Shown here: positions 1-14,658 of the stretch, piece by piece
How the letters are laid out: each line of letters begins with the position of its first letter
Numbering within the stretch: the first letter of the stretch is position 1
Origin: the human T2T-CHM13v2.0 reference genome, Homo sapiens
Length of the DNA: 64,000 nt
NCBI RefSeq assembly: GCF_009914755.1
Contig: NC_060927.1
Strand: one strand, 5' to 3'
Notes under the pieces: generated by a model
Database searches by the model: none
Told to the model about the DNA's origin: nothing
Seen by the model: the letters and a program-made list of their open reading frames with translations, nothing else
Program-made: the position numbers and the translations under genes

Positions 1-99
1 AGTGAGCATAAGTTTCCATTTTTCTGCGATAAATGCCTAAGAATACAATGGCTGGGTCACATTATAATTTTGAATGGTTAGTATTTTTAAGAAATTGTC

Positions 100-1625
100 T
101 ATTGATACTTGCCTGTGCTTCATGAAGTTCTCATGCTGTGTTTTTCAGCTCCATCAGGTCATTTATATTCTTCTCTAAACTTATTCTAGTTAGCAATTCT
201 TCTAACCTTTTTTTCAAGGTTTTTAGCTTCCTAGCATAGGGTTAGAACATGCTCCTTTAGCTCGGAGGAGTTTGTTATTGCCCACCATCTGAAGCCTACT
301 TCTGTCAATTCGTCAAATTCATTCTTTGTCCAGTTTTGTTCCCTTGCTGGTGAGGAGTTGTGATCCTCTGGAGAAGAAGAGGCGTTCTGGTTTTGGGAAT
401 TTTCAGCTGTTTTGTGCTGTTTTTTCCTCATCTTCATGGATTTATCTACCTTTGGTCTTTGATGTTGGTGACCTTCGGATGGGGTTTCTGTATGGACGTC
501 CTTTTTGTTGATGTTGATGCTATTCCTTTCTGTTTGTTAGTTGTCCTTCTAACAGGCCCCTCTGCTGCAGGTCTGCTGGAGTTTGCTGGAGGTCCACTCC
601 AGACACTGTTGGCCTGGGTATCACCAGTGGAGGCTGCAGAACAGTAAAGATTGCAGCCTGTTACTTCCTCTGGAAGCTTTGTCCCAGAGGGTCACTTGCC
701 AGATGCCAGCTGGAGCTCTCCTATATGAGGTATCTGTTGACTGCTGCTGGGAGGTGTCTCCCAGTCAGGAGGCACAGGGGTCAGGGACCCACTCGAGGAA
801 GCAGTCTGTCCCTTAGCAGAGCTCAAGCGATATGCTGGGAGATCTCTTCAGAGCCGGCAGGCAGGAACATTTAAGTCTGCCCAAGCTGCGCCCACAGCCG
901 CCCCTTCCCCCAGGTGCTCTGTCCCAGGGAGATGGGAGTTTTATCTATAAGCCCCTGCCTGGGTCTGGTGCTTTTCTTTCAGAGATGCCCTGCCCAGAGA
1001 GGAGGAATCTAGAGAGTCAGTCTGGCTACAGCAGCTTTGCTGAGTATCAGTAGGCTCCACCCAGTTCGAACTTCCAGGCAGCTTTGTTTACACTGTAAGG
1101 GGAAAACCACCTACTCAAGCCTCAGTAACGGTGCACGCCCTCCCCTCACCAAGCTCGAGCATCCCAGGTTGACTTCAGACTGCTGTGCTGGCGGCAAGTA
1201 TTTCAAGCCAATGGATCTTAGCTTGCTGGGCTCTGCGGTCGTAGGATCCGTAGGATCCGCTGAGCTAGATCACTTGGCTCCCTGGCTTCAGCCCCCTTTC
1301 CAGGGGAGTGAACGGTTCTGTCTCGTTGGCATTCCAGGCACCACTGGGTTATGAAAAAAAGAAAACTCTTGCAGCTAGCTCAGTGTCCGCCCAAACGGCT
1401 GCCCAGTTTTGTGCTTGAAACTCAGGGCCCTGGTGGCATAGGCACCCAAGGGAATCTCCTGGCCTGCAAGTTGTGAAGACCATGGGAAAAGCATAGTATC
1501 TAGGCCAGAGTGTTCTGTGCCTCACTGCACAGTTCCTCAAGTATTCTCTTGGCTAGGGGAGGGAGATCCCCAACCCCTTGCACTTCCCAAGTGAGGTGAC
1601 ACCCCACCTGCTTCAGTTCATCCTC
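100..1625 (-). mobile_element. L1PA7/8-like internal fragment: 5'UTR plus N-terminal ORF1; both ends truncated, no polyA
   Basis: ORF 231-437 (MRKKQHKTAENSQNQNASS...EQNWTKNEFDELTEVGFR) is the ORF1p N-terminus. It is preceded by a GC-richer L1PA 5'UTR. Confidence 0.85.
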
Positions 1626-2580
1626 TTAGCCCTCTGATAAGTGTGTGGTAATATATTAATATCATTTGGCTTTAATTTGTATTTACCTAATGACTAATGA
1701 TGTTGAATGCATTTCATGTGCTTATTTGTGCATATTTCATCTGATATCCAGTTCTTTATATATTTTAAATATTGGTCCTTTGTCAGATAAGTCAGATATG
1801 TGGCTTGAAATATTTTTTCTCAGCCTGTAGCTTCCTTTCCATCCTCTAAATAGGGACTTTCATAAAGCAAATGTTTTTAATTTTGATGAAGTGCAATTTA
1901 TCAGATTTTCGTTCTATGGATCATGATTTTGGTATCAAGTCTAAGAACTCTACCTATGCTGAAGACTTATTTCGAATCTTTTCTAAAAGTTGTATAGTTT
2001 TACCTTTTATGTTAAGTGCATGATCCACTTGGTGTTATTTTCTGTATAAAGTGTGAGGCTTAGGTTGTAGTTCTTTTTTTAATTTCCTTATGTGTCCAAT
2101 TTCTCCAGCACGGTTTGTTGAAAGGCTATCTGTGTTGCATTGAGCTACCTTTGGAACGTCTCAAAATTAAGTTGAGCATATTTTTATGTGTCTGTTTCTG
2201 GGTTCTGTGTTCTAGTCCGTTGATCAATGTGTCTATTTCTCTAAAAATACCACACAGTCATGATTTGTAGTTTAAGCAAGCTTTAATATTGAGTAGAGTG
2301 ATATCATCACTTTATTCTTTGTTGTCAAGATTGGTTAAGCTATTCTAGGTCCTGTGCCTTTTCATATAAATATTAGGATTAATTTGTTTATATCTACAAT
2401 ACATCTTGCTCTGATTTTTATAGGAACTGCATGAAACCTGAAGATGAATGTAAGGATAATCGATGTCATTGTTTTACAGCATACAGATGCTGTATATGTT
2501 TTATTAAGTGCATACATAAGAATTTTATTTTTGAGGGAATGATTTTAAATGGCATTGTATTATTTGTTTCTATGTGCTCA

Positions 2581-2774
2581 TTTTTATTTTCTTTTATTTC
2601 ATTTTATTTTAGTTTTTGTAGGCAAAGCTTTACCTCTGTCACCCAGGGTAGGGTGCAGTGACACAACCATAGCTCGCTATAACCTCGAACTACTGGCTAA
2701 AGCGATCCTCCAACCTCAGCCACCCAAGTAGCTGGGACTATAGGCACATGCCAATGCCACCATGCCCAGCTAAT
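2581..2774 (-). mobile_element. Alu monomer (FRAM/AluJ right-arm type)
   Basis: polyT followed by ctctgtcacccagg...gtagctgggacta...catgcccagctaat; single arm only. Confidence 0.8.
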
Positions 2775-2971
2775 GTATGTTTATTTTTAGTGTACAGAAA
2801 GTACACTGATATTTTTGTGTTGATTTTGTATAATGCTACCCTACCTCATTAAATTCACTTATTGATTATAGAAATTCCCCTTCCCCTAATTTTTTTGACA
2901 TTTTGTACATACACAATTACGTCATGTGCAAATACAAAAAGTTTTGTTTTGTTCTGTCTCATCTGCATGCC

Positions 2972-3110
2972 TGTCTCTTTTTCTTCCTTCCTTTCCTCCC
3001 TTCCTATCTCTCTTTCTCCCTTCATTTCCTCCTCTCCCTGTTCCTCCCCACTCCTCCCTTTCCTTCATTCCTTCTTTCTTTCTTTCTCTCTTTATTTCCC
3101 TTTTCCTCTG
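2972..3110. repeat. CT-rich low-complexity tract
   Basis: Continuous polypyrimidine run. Confidence 0.9.
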
Positions 3111-5030
3111 TTGCTTTATTGCAGTGGCTAGAACTTCAGTATTATGTTAAATAAGAATGAAAAGAATAGACATCCTTACCATGTTCTTGATCTTAAGAGG
3201 AAAAAATGCCTTCCGTTTTTCACCATAAAGTATGAAATTATCTGTAGATCCCTGAGGGTTTCTATACTGAATAGGGTTTGGATTTTTGACAAATGTTTCT
3301 TTTGTATTAACTGGTATGTTCATAGGATTTTAGTGTTTAGCCTGTTGATGTGAGAAATTACATCAATTGATTTTATAATATTGAACCAGTCTTACATACT
3401 GCTTTGCAGAGTTACATAGTTCTTCCCATGCGTTGCTAAGTTCAGTTTGCCAATATTTTATTGGGGACTTGTGTGTCTGAGTTCATGAGAGACACCAGTC
3501 TTTTTTATTTTCTTTTAACTGTTTGTCTTCTTTTGGTGACAGAGAAATATTGGGAGAAAATACATAAAATTGGTATTGGATTTCAAAATGTTTGCCAGAA
3601 TTCTTCAGTAAAACTATCGAATTGGGAATTTCTTTTTTGGGTGCTTTTTAATCACACATTTATTTTGTAGAAGGTGTTCAAATTATCTGTTTCATTTTTA
3701 GTGAGATTTGGTAGTTTGTGATTTTCAAAAAATTGGTCCATTTGTTGTAAGTTGTTGAGTTTATCAGCATAAAGTTGCTCAAAGTAATGCCTTATAATTG
3801 TTTCAATGACTACAGGGTGATAGTCCCTATTTTATTCTTGATATTAGTGATTTGTGTCCTTTCTCTTTTTACTTCCGTCAGTGTTACTAGAGATTTACCA
3901 ACTTCGTTGACTCGTTTTGAAGAACTAGGGATTTGTTTCATTGATTTTTTTTTCTATTTTTATAGTTTCAATTTCATTGATTTTTCTCTTTTCTCTGTTA
4001 TTTTTATTGCTAGAGGGCTGTGCTGAAATCCCCACTCGAATGGTGGAATTGCCTGTCTCTGTTCTGTCAGCTTGTGCTTCATATATTTTGATGTTCTCTA
4101 GTTTGGTACATACACATGTAGAATTGTTACGTCTTCCCAGTGAATTGGTCACTTTGCAAATATGTGATGTCCCTAGTAGTATCTCTAGTAATGTTTTCTT
4201 TTCTCTGAAATCTACTTTGTCTGATGTTAATTCAGCTACTCTGCTTTTTTTTTTTTAAAAAAAATAATGTTTGTATGGTGTATCTTTTTCAAACTTTTAC
4301 TTCCAATCTACATATGTTGTTGATTTTAAAGTGAGTTTCTTGTAAATAGAGTATAATTGGATTTTTTGTTTGTTTTGCTCACTTTAGCTGCCAACCTGTC
4401 TTTTGATTAATCTATTTAGACTCTACATTTAGGGTAATTATTAATATGTTAGAGCTTAAGTCTGTCAATTTATTATTTTTCTTTGCTTACTTGCTCTGGC
4501 TTTGTTTCTCGTTTTTGCCTTCCTGCGGGTTACATGAACACATTGTATGGCTCCATACATGCACTGATTTGTGATAATGTATTTGAGTATATCTCTTTCT
4601 ACAATTTTTGTTTTGGTTGCACTAGGAACTATGATATACATATGTAATTTATCACAGCCTACAGACATCAACATTTAACCACTTTAGGTGAAGTGTGGAA
4701 ACCTCATATCAGGCTGCTTTCAACATTTTTTTCTTTGTCTTTAGTTTTCAGAAGATTAATTATGATTAGTGTTAGCATGAATTTCTTTGGATTTATCTTG
4801 TTTAGAATTTTATTCATCTTCATGAATCTGTAGGTTTGTGTGTTTTTGCCAAATTTGGGAAGTTGTCAGCTGTTATTTCTTTGAATAGTCTTTTAGGCCC
4901 ACTCTATTTTTCCTCTTCTTCAGAAACTTTAATGTTACAAAGCTGTATCTTTTAATATTGTCACAAGTTTTTGAGGCCGTTATATTTATTTTTCATTCTA
5001 TTTTCTCTCTTTTGTCCAAGTTGGATAAAT

Positions 5031-5095
5031 TCTATTGATCAATCAAGTTTAGTTATTTTATCCTCTATTGATCTATCAAGTTTAGTTATTTTATC
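5031..5095. repeat. 33-bp tandem duplication inside the old L1
   Basis: tctattgatc(a/t)atcaagtttagttattttatc present twice, 1 mismatch. Confidence 0.9.
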
Positions 5096-8000
5096 AGCGG
5101 ATAAACTAGCCATTGGCTCTCTATGGTAATGAGTCCATCGAGTGAGTTTTATAATGCTATTACTGTATTCTTTTAGGTCTGTGTTTTCCATTTTTTAAAA
5201 TAACTTCTATTTATTTGCTGAAATTTTATATTTTTTGCTTCAAGATAATATGTAATTCATTGTTTAAGCATTGTTACCATCACTGATTAAAACTTCTTGC
5301 CCTAAAATTTCAACATCTAATTGATTTTGGTGCTGGTGCCAGTGATTGTCTTTTTCTCATCAAGATGTAATATTCTTGGTTCTTGGGCTAACTGGATGAT
5401 TTTCAATTGTATACTTGATATTTTGTATTTTATATTAGGAGACTTCGGGTCTTCTAAAATCTCTTATTCTAGAAGACAGTCCCTCTGTTTAGGTTTAGCT
5501 AGATCCTGGCATACTTTTGTGGGTTGCTATTTCTCTGACAGTTTAACTTTCAGATCTTTGCAGTGTTATTTTGGTCTGCTCGATTTACATGGTACTGCTG
5601 GGGCCCCCATGGGTCCCTGCAGTTCTTGCCTGAAGAAGGCAGAAGAAGTTTCCACAACCGGTGCTATAAGGTGTTTCTCAATCAAGGAAAGAAGTCTCTA
5701 GCTCTCTGGGATCAGTTGACTTCCTTGGACAGGAGTTTCATTTTGGTGGGGTTTTCTTTTTGTGGGGGACGGAGAACACTGTTATGGTGAGATTTCCACC
5801 TACCCATCTACTTTCAGAACCTTAGGACCAAAATGTCTTCCTAGGTTTAACTCCTAAACCTAGCAGCAGTTGCTGCTGCCCAGCTGACCACGTAATAATT
5901 CTCATTGGGAGAGGTGGTCTTATGCCCACAGGGATATAATAATCTTCCCTGTTGTGCTGCTTATTGTGACAGCACCCCTTTTGCTGTTGCTGCCCAGCTG
6001 TCCCGTGTCTCTTGGTGGAAAAGGAGTCTCAGGCTTACATGGAAGAAGAATCTGCTTTCTCTGGCTGCTGATTGCAGTTGGGACTCCCAGCTGATTTACC
6101 TTGCTTGTGGTGCCGTGCTCTCCTGGTACTGTTAGTGAACTCTTGTTCAGTCAGGGGTAGGGGGAATGAGCCAACCTGGCTTCCCTTCTGTCGCTTCACT
6201 AGGGCTGGGAAACTCTAAGGTCGATGACTTCTACTGAGTGGGGATCATAAGCTTTCTTGCCATTAAGTTTTTCTGCCAGTCCTTGGGTCCCAAATCATTT
6301 GGGCTTTCTTTTATCCCCTTTCAGCACTGTTTTTTGTTGTCTCTTGCATTATTGCCAGGGTTTATAGCTGTACTTATTGGGGAAGAGTGGGTGCATGCAA
6401 TCTGCTCCAGACCAGAAGTTGTGGATTATTTTTGAAAACCAAGATTGATTAAAAATAATATATAGTCAACTTCAAATTTTAACCCAGAGTCTCCTGTTAC
6501 CAATTTAATACAATGATCATATATAAATTACAATAAATACTGAGCTGAGTAAATTTTCACTGGGATCACTGTCCGTAATACTAGCCATGCTCTGTCCTTC
6601 ATAAGTTTTAGCATTTTGTTTTTCCTCTCACTAATTTATTCATTTGTTCTGAATAACGGGCAAGTGTAATAACTCCTCATGTTATAATAGGAGGACACAA
6701 AAGTCTCCTCTATTCTTAGTTGCTCCCATTCAGTCATTCAATAATTAAATATTTATATTTTAATTAATACCAGATTATAGTAGACAGTGGTATAAAAAGC
6801 CAATTAAGATTCACTTCCTATCTTTAAAAAAATTAAAAATAAAGACTAATACTAAAATAGCAGAATAATATAATACATTTTACATTTCACTAATAGCAGA
6901 ATAGTATAATACATTTTCATTAGGCAGAATGCATGATTTATTTGAAATCCATTCCTATTTTTTTAAAATACTATGTACTTGGGCAAAAACCTACTTTTAA
7001 AGGCACACACACATACAAACATGTAGGCAAACAAATAAACATCATGCAACATATAGTATAGGCAAAACCATATATAATATAACAAATATAATGCTATTAT
7101 AATATTGTTTTTACCAACAAAAATGAATGGCAAACTAACATTAATATTACTTACACAAAGCCTTAATAACCAGCAAATTCCAATTTAAGAAAAAACCTGA
7201 GAAAAATAAAGACTTTAACAGATCATATTTCCATGTGCAAAGTATTCAAGCTGATAAGATATTTTTATAATAGTCCAGAATTTTTATTCATTTTTAAAAT
7301 TCAGGGGAGTCTAAATGTAAAGGAAATGAGAGATTTAATGAAGGCAAGATAACTATTAGAAATAATTAAATTACTTATTCCATTTCTAAATTATCTCCTT
7401 CATATAAACCACCAAAATGATTAAGTATTGTCTTAGTTTGTACAGGAGTATTATTTTATCAACAGGTTGAAAAAGTTATGCCTCTTGCTGAGAAAAAAAA
7501 CTAACAAAATTAAACATTTTTTGATTGCTTATTCATTCCAAAACCAGTTTCAATTATTCTATCTATAAAAATCAATGACAGAATATTTTTAGGGACAGAA
7601 ATCAAGATGAATATTGATATATTTCTAAACATTGGGACTTGTTAACATGATGATATACTGATAATTTACTAATGAAAAATGATTGTTAGTATTTTATTTG
7701 GAATGAAGAATCCTTGATATCCTCTGCTTTTGAGTTTCAAAGAGCAATATCTAACAATGGTATTTTACAATTAACAATGATGTTTTAGGTTACTCTTTAG
7801 TGCAATTTACAATGTACTTTCTCAACAGGTATTTTAGAGGGAATTAAGGCACAACAAAGAACTTGCCCAAAGTCACAATGAACCCACACTAGAAAACTTA
7901 CAGTCTGTGGTCTTCATTTTACATTTTTTTTTGACAGCATTTACTTTCTATATTTAAAAATAAATATAGGTGTTTAAATACATTTCAAAAAATATGTCAA

Positions 8001-8099
8001 AATAATTCACATTTCTTTTAATTCTAGAAATATTTTGAAACCTTAACAATGGATATATTCAGTAATTATTGTAAATAGAAATATAAGTTAGGAATTTAA

Positions 8100-8560
8100 T
8101 CATTTGACTTTCTAATTGAGGCGAATGGCAGTGGCTAACAACACCGGAGTAGCACTGAATGCAGTAATTCATTCCCTTCACACAAATAGCTACTGAAAGG
8201 CAGATGGAGGTGCCAGTTGTGTCGGGTGCAGGTGATTACTGCCCAGCCTGGACGCCACCAGGTTGTTTTTCTCTCCACCAGAAAACTGTCCATTCACTTT
8301 CCTAAGTGCCAAAAGCAAAAGGAGAGGAATTTATGAAGTCCCTAGCCCATATGGCTGGTAGTGAATTAATCTGTGTCTGAGCAGCAGGTAGCACGAGCCA
8401 GTCTGTCTGTTGGGGCTGTTAGTAACCCAGGGGCAGATCAGAGAACAGCAGGAGAGAGGATCAACTCAGGCTGCAAATACAGTCAGGAATGTGGCAGGAA
8501 ATTATTTCTGAAAACACACTTTGCAGCATAAGGGCAGCCATCAGATGCTACATGATAATC
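8100..8560. promoter_or_regulatory. Candidate non-repeat enhancer-like segment
   Basis: GC-richer unique sequence in an AT-rich, TE-poor island, with clustered E-boxes and TAAT motifs. Function is inferred only. Confidence 0.25.
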
Positions 8561-10702
8561 TATCTGCACTTTGTACACTCATAATTATATAGAGCTATAT
8601 AAGTAGGTGTGAATTTAAAATGTAGTTGTAGATATATAGCTATCATGAGATTTTCCTTTATATAGCATCTTGCGTTAAAATAATTATTTCAAGAGTACCT
8701 CAAAAATAAAATACGCAGGCAGAGAGATTTTAAAATTATGAAAAAGAGAAATTAGAATATTAGAAAAAGGGTATGGATCTATTCGAAAGTAGAATAGCAA
8801 AGATGAGTGCTCCGATACATAAACAAGAGAAAATAGGGGCTATATAACAGTTCTTTGATGAAATAGCAAGATAGGAAGAAAACAATGGAAAATAATTTAA
8901 TAATTGCTTGAATACATTAAGACAAAGCTGAGACATGGGACAATTAGGTACAGAACCTTAAATAAGAAATCATGCAAATGGTCAGATGATGATTGGACAA
9001 TGGTTATTAATATCTTCCTTCCTTTTATTATCTCTTCCTCCCTCCTTCTTATTTCCCTTTTTCCTCCTTCCTATCTCTATCTTATCTGTCTATCTATAGT
9101 AATGTGAAGTCTAACATTAAGATTTCACATATTCTTGTGTTCACAGGGCTAAAACTAAGACATTTGCAAAACTGAACTAGACCAAGGAATCTGTGTACAT
9201 GTAGTCTTTTTGTTTCTTAACCATAAAAATAAAGCCACTAATTTCCCTAAACGTATATGAAAAAATCCAGAACACTGTTGTCATTTTTTAATATTAAAAA
9301 GGAAGATCAAAGAGTTAAAAAACTCAAAAGAAAAGAGAAAGCTGAATTAAAGTGACCCTACTCCTTTTGAAAAGACCATCTCTCTGAATTAGATGATTAA
9401 AAATTCTTTATAGTAACTTCAAATTATCTTTACTAGCATTCCTGTTTTAATGGATGATTGTAGGAATTAGAGCCAGGTTTAGAAGGTAGGCCTCAAGAAA
9501 CAGAAGAGGAATAGTTTCTTTTAGAGAAAGAATTAATTGAGCACCTAACACATAGAACATAATGTTTCCAAGCAAATATTGGAAGAGATACAGAGATATA
9601 GCCAATGCAATACAAGTCATTGTATAATTCATAGATGAAGTAAGTGCATCTTCCCGTGAACTGGATATGGTTATGAAGAAGACATACTTCCGGAAAACCC
9701 CAACAGCTATTTTTATATTAATACTTAACCTTCTTCATGCTATAAACATGTATTTAAGTTCAAAGATCTTTAAGAATATATTCCCTAGGGAGGAAAAAAT
9801 TGATCCGGAAAGGTAAAGCCTATGCCCAAGGTCACAATGCAGGTGAAACTCATTTTCCTCCTGAGACCCGTGGCCTTTAGTCTCAATGCATTGCACATCA
9901 TCCTCCATTAGATCATAGTTAAATTTCTAAACCTTAAAGGTTTACTATTTTTATGGGTCTACAATGTGACCTTGGTAATAGGGTTTGACTGTTTCCATAG
10001 TGAAACATATTTTGTTTTCTTTCTAGAAGCATGGAAAGCAAAATATTGTTACTCCTGACAGAAGTAGTTGCTCTGAGATATTTATTTACAGACTCAACAA
10101 ATGAAAGGTTTCTCACCACTCATAAAGGGTCAATACATGGTTGCCCACCTCATAATTACCCCCAAAAACCTATGTAATTGGAAGTGTCCTTGGGCATGGG
10201 TCTCAGTGGCCAAGTTGTGTTTTCTTTGCTCTGTTCCAAATTGCAAAAATACGCAAAAGAAATTTCTTAGTGATTAAGGAAGGCATTGTTAGCATAATGG
10301 CATCTGAACTGGGCCTCAGAGTCTTGAATAATGAGAAGCATAGGAGAAATAGATATTCCAGGCAGATGATATATCAGATGCAGATATGTAAAGGAAAAAT
10401 ATTCCACGATGCGCCCAGGGACACAATACAGAATGATATGATACCTCATTTTGTTTATATCATTTCTGAAATTGTAACACAGAAGTTCCATGGAATATTA
10501 AGTTCAAATTAATGGTAATGCTGGTTTGCCTTCCGTGTGTGAGGCAAACTCCTCCATGCAAGCTACCATTCCTTTCCAGTTTCCTTCAATATCTGAAACC
10601 ACTCCTCCATCTGCTTTTTATCTTTTAGAAATTTGTTGAAATATCTCAAACTGCTGATGGATCTTTCCTTGCACATTTATGTTGGAAACATATATAATAG
10701 GA

Positions 10703-10750
<48 letters not shown>
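10703..10750. repeat. (TG)10(AG)14 compound microsatellite
   Basis: Read directly. Confidence 0.95.
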
Positions 10751-10756
<6 letters not shown>

Positions 10757-11506
10757 GTCTCAGGAAGGTGAAAAATAAATTTATGTTGCTAACTTAACAT
10801 ATCTTCTTGTGAATTTTTAAAAGGGAAAATTTTCAAACAATGACTACAAAGAATCATATTACCCAGGACCAAGGTGCTGAGGTTCAGGATTCAAAACAGT
10901 AGTTTTGATTTTTTAAAGTATTGATAACTTCAACAGGGAAAGCAATAAAATTTCAGATGCACTTTGAAAATATGAATAAATGAAAACAATCTCTAATTTT
11001 CTCATGAAGAAGTCTAAACTTAAAACTGATTCCGGATTCCAGGGACTGTGGTAATCTCATTTTGACACAAAAGGAAGAAAGCATAAATGATTAACAAAAA
11101 TAAAATCATAAAATAAGCTAATTCAATAAAACTGATCCTTGTTACATATTTTTATTGGTGATTTGATGAAAAATCAGATTTTTTGAGTTCCCACCTACAT
11201 GGCTAAGTTGACTTACATGGGTAAATTATTGAAGGCTATTCAGGAAATTTTATTAAGAAGTAAAGCAGTTGCTTTTGACATCCCACTCATATTCTTCCAT
11301 ATTTACCACTTCAATGTATACTTGCACCACCTCTAATTGCCAGAACTTCCTTGTTTTTTGTTTGTTTGTTTTTTAATAAAAGGGCTTGCTCCGATTGCTA
11401 AAGCCTTTTTGTCTATCCATGTAACACCCCAGAAGTGCCAGGAAACTAATTTCCATGAGCAACTCTCAACTGCTGATTGATGGGAATTGGTAGAAACTTC
11501 AGTTCC

Positions 11507-11650
11507 TGTTAAGGACTTAATTGTGCCCCACCCCCACATTCATATGTTGAACCCCTAATGCTCAGTGTATCTGTAAAATACAAATATTTGGAGTATTTTT
11601 ATTTGGGCCTGCGAGGTGGTGATAAAGGTTAAATGAAGTCAGAAGGGTGG
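11507..11650 (+). mobile_element. MLT1A/B-type MaLR LTR 5' fragment
   Basis: cattcatatgttgaacccctaa...ataaaggttaaatgaagtcagaagggtgg. Confidence 0.65.
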
Positions 11651-11824
11651 AATTGAAAGCAGTTATCTTTAATTTAAAAATTATTGTCTGAATGAATAAT
11701 ATGCCTGCTACATTTGTTATTTGACCTTCACAGAGAAAGGCAGTCTTAGGGTAAAGAAATATACAATTATATTAATATTAGATATATTGAAAATCCTGGT
11801 TTTTTTGTATAGACAGAAGTTGGA

Positions 11825-12179
<355 letters not shown>

Positions 12180-13972
12180 CTATCAAAAAATAGGTCACTG
12201 AGTGAAACCACTGACAGCCCTTCAGTGTATCCATCAATTTATCCCTATGTTGATAAGAAATGGCCCAGGTAGGCAGAGTCACCAATGTACCATGCTTGCC
12301 TTTCTAACCAAAATCTCATCCTTATTTCTTGTTCTCTTAAAATCTCTGGTCCTATGTCTTCTAGTCTTCCTAAAAAAAGGCATCCTATCTCCATAATTAT
12401 CCCGTCTTGCCTTTTCCAGTATCTTTTCTTTTATAGTATATACTTCAGAATCAACACTTGCATTTTTTATATTTGAGAGTTAAATGGAAACTTTCTTCTG
12501 CGGAATTCCATGTGCTTGCTTTCTTTATTTTTCCATTAAAATTATTCAAGTCTATCATAAGTACACAAGTTACAGGGTTTTATTTGATAAAATACCAGTA
12601 TTCAAAAGCAGCAAATAGAAGGTTGGATGCTTTGCTAGTTATTGACAGCAAGAGACTTTTGCCTGTGTTCAAGATTGGGTAATAATCTATTGTTATAGAG
12701 TTTATTAATTCCATTAAAGCCTTTAGTATAAGCTCATATTAATTGTATCTTTAAGCTTCATTCCTCAGCTTAGCAGTGCTGAAATTTCCTAATTGAAATC
12801 TGGACTGTAATTATAATTTACTTAGCTGGAATTTACAAAGTATATTGCCTATTGTAACTCTTAAAGTTGAATCCCAGATCAAAACTTTTGAAAGAGAGGC
12901 ATGAGGGAGGCTGACCTGTTCTCGGAAAGCCTTGTCACTGTGTAGGCATATCACCTCCGGAAGTATGGCCAGTTATATTCCTGTGACGCTGCCTATGAGG
13001 GGAAATGTTCCTTTTCACCTTTTTTTTTTTTTTTTTTAGAAAAAAAAGCTTATGAATTCAGTAACTAAAAGTTGGAAAGATCCTTAAAAATGTTCAAAAT
13101 ATAAAATCTTTTGGAAGACAGCTTCTTTCACTTACATGACACTTCTTTACAACCTTCTTAGGTGTTAACGTTTTCAGATGAGGAAAATGCAAGCAGAGAC
13201 TCAGATTAAAATCTTTTGACCCGAGCTCAGGCTTCTGCTTCAACATCCATCCTGTCCAGAAGCTGAAGTTAATAGCACAAGCTGTTTCTAGACAATACAA
13301 TTATTCCCGAAACAGTGATCACAGACACATCAGATACCAAAAATTCAGTGTCACATATTTGACCCTATAAAAAGGTATGCTGGCTTCTGCCAAATCTTAT
13401 TATCCAAAACATAGGCTAGTTAAGGTTAAGAAACTGACATTTTTTTTGTGGCAAAGAAGATCACAATAATTCAAAGTGTAAGCATTTCTGACATTAGTTT
13501 AAAAATTTTGTCCTCATCAAAGAAGGGCAGCAAGTTTAATTAATAATTTAGATTATTCTAAGTGATATTTATTTAATCTCTTAGCTAAGTGGCAAAATAC
13601 ATGTAAATGATACTGTAGAAACATTCAGAGCTATACATTGAAAGATAACTAGCAAATTTGAATAGGATTGAGATGTTATTCTATGTTTTCTTTGTCTCTC
13701 TCTACCCCTCCCTTCCTTCTTCTATCAAAATATGAGATGGGGAGAAGAAGCAAAGCCTGACTACTGCATAAAAATGTATTGACAACTCAAGCTTGGTGTA
13801 CTTATCTATTACTGTTGCCATTGAAAATAGTAACTACAATTTACTGAGCAAACTGTAGACCAAGCATTAAGCAAACTATGTTATATTATCTAATTCTAAT
13901 GTTCTCTAGAAGCAAATTAAGGAAACAACTAAAATTTAGAAAGGCTAGGTAACTTTTTAAAAATTATGTGTT

Positions 13973-14338
<366 letters not shown>

Positions 14339-14339
14339 T

Positions 14340-14658
14340 GAATTTTTTATAGCTTTAATTTTTAATTTATTTAGCTTTTATTTGAAGTTCAGGGGTACAA
14401 GTGCAGGTTTGCTGCATAAGAAAACTTGTGTCATGAGAGTTTGTTGTACAGATTATTGCATACCTCAGGTATTAAGCCTAGAATCCATTAGTTATTTTTT
14501 CTGATCCTCTCCCTTCTCCTGCCCTCCACCCTCCAAAACGTCCCAGTGTGTGTTGTCCCTCTCTATATGTGTATGTGTTCTCATTATTTAGCTCCCAGTT
14601 ATAAGTGAGAACACGTGGTATTTGGTTTTCTGTTCCTGTGTTAGTTTGCTAAGGATAA
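14340..14658 (-). mobile_element. L1PA13-15-like 3' end
   Basis: gttcaggggtacaagtgcagg...gtattaagcctag...gtttgctaaggataa. Confidence 0.8.

Larger units (their letters stand above)
1..6420 (-). mobile_element. Old L1M (L1MC/L1M4-like) LINE, degraded, running from ORF2 to its 5' end near 6420; interrupted by an L1PA fragment and an Alu monomer
   Basis: T-rich antisense ORF2/ORF1 remnants. The 5' terminus '...gcaatctgctccagaccagaagt' resembles old L1M 5' ends. Confidence 0.75.

Noticed and set aside
2862-3154. Hydrophobic F/L/S-rich ORFs resembling membrane peptides
   Set aside because: Translation of a CT-rich low-complexity tract.
8195-8220. CTCF site
   Set aside because: Only a partial match to the CTCF core; better read as E-boxes.
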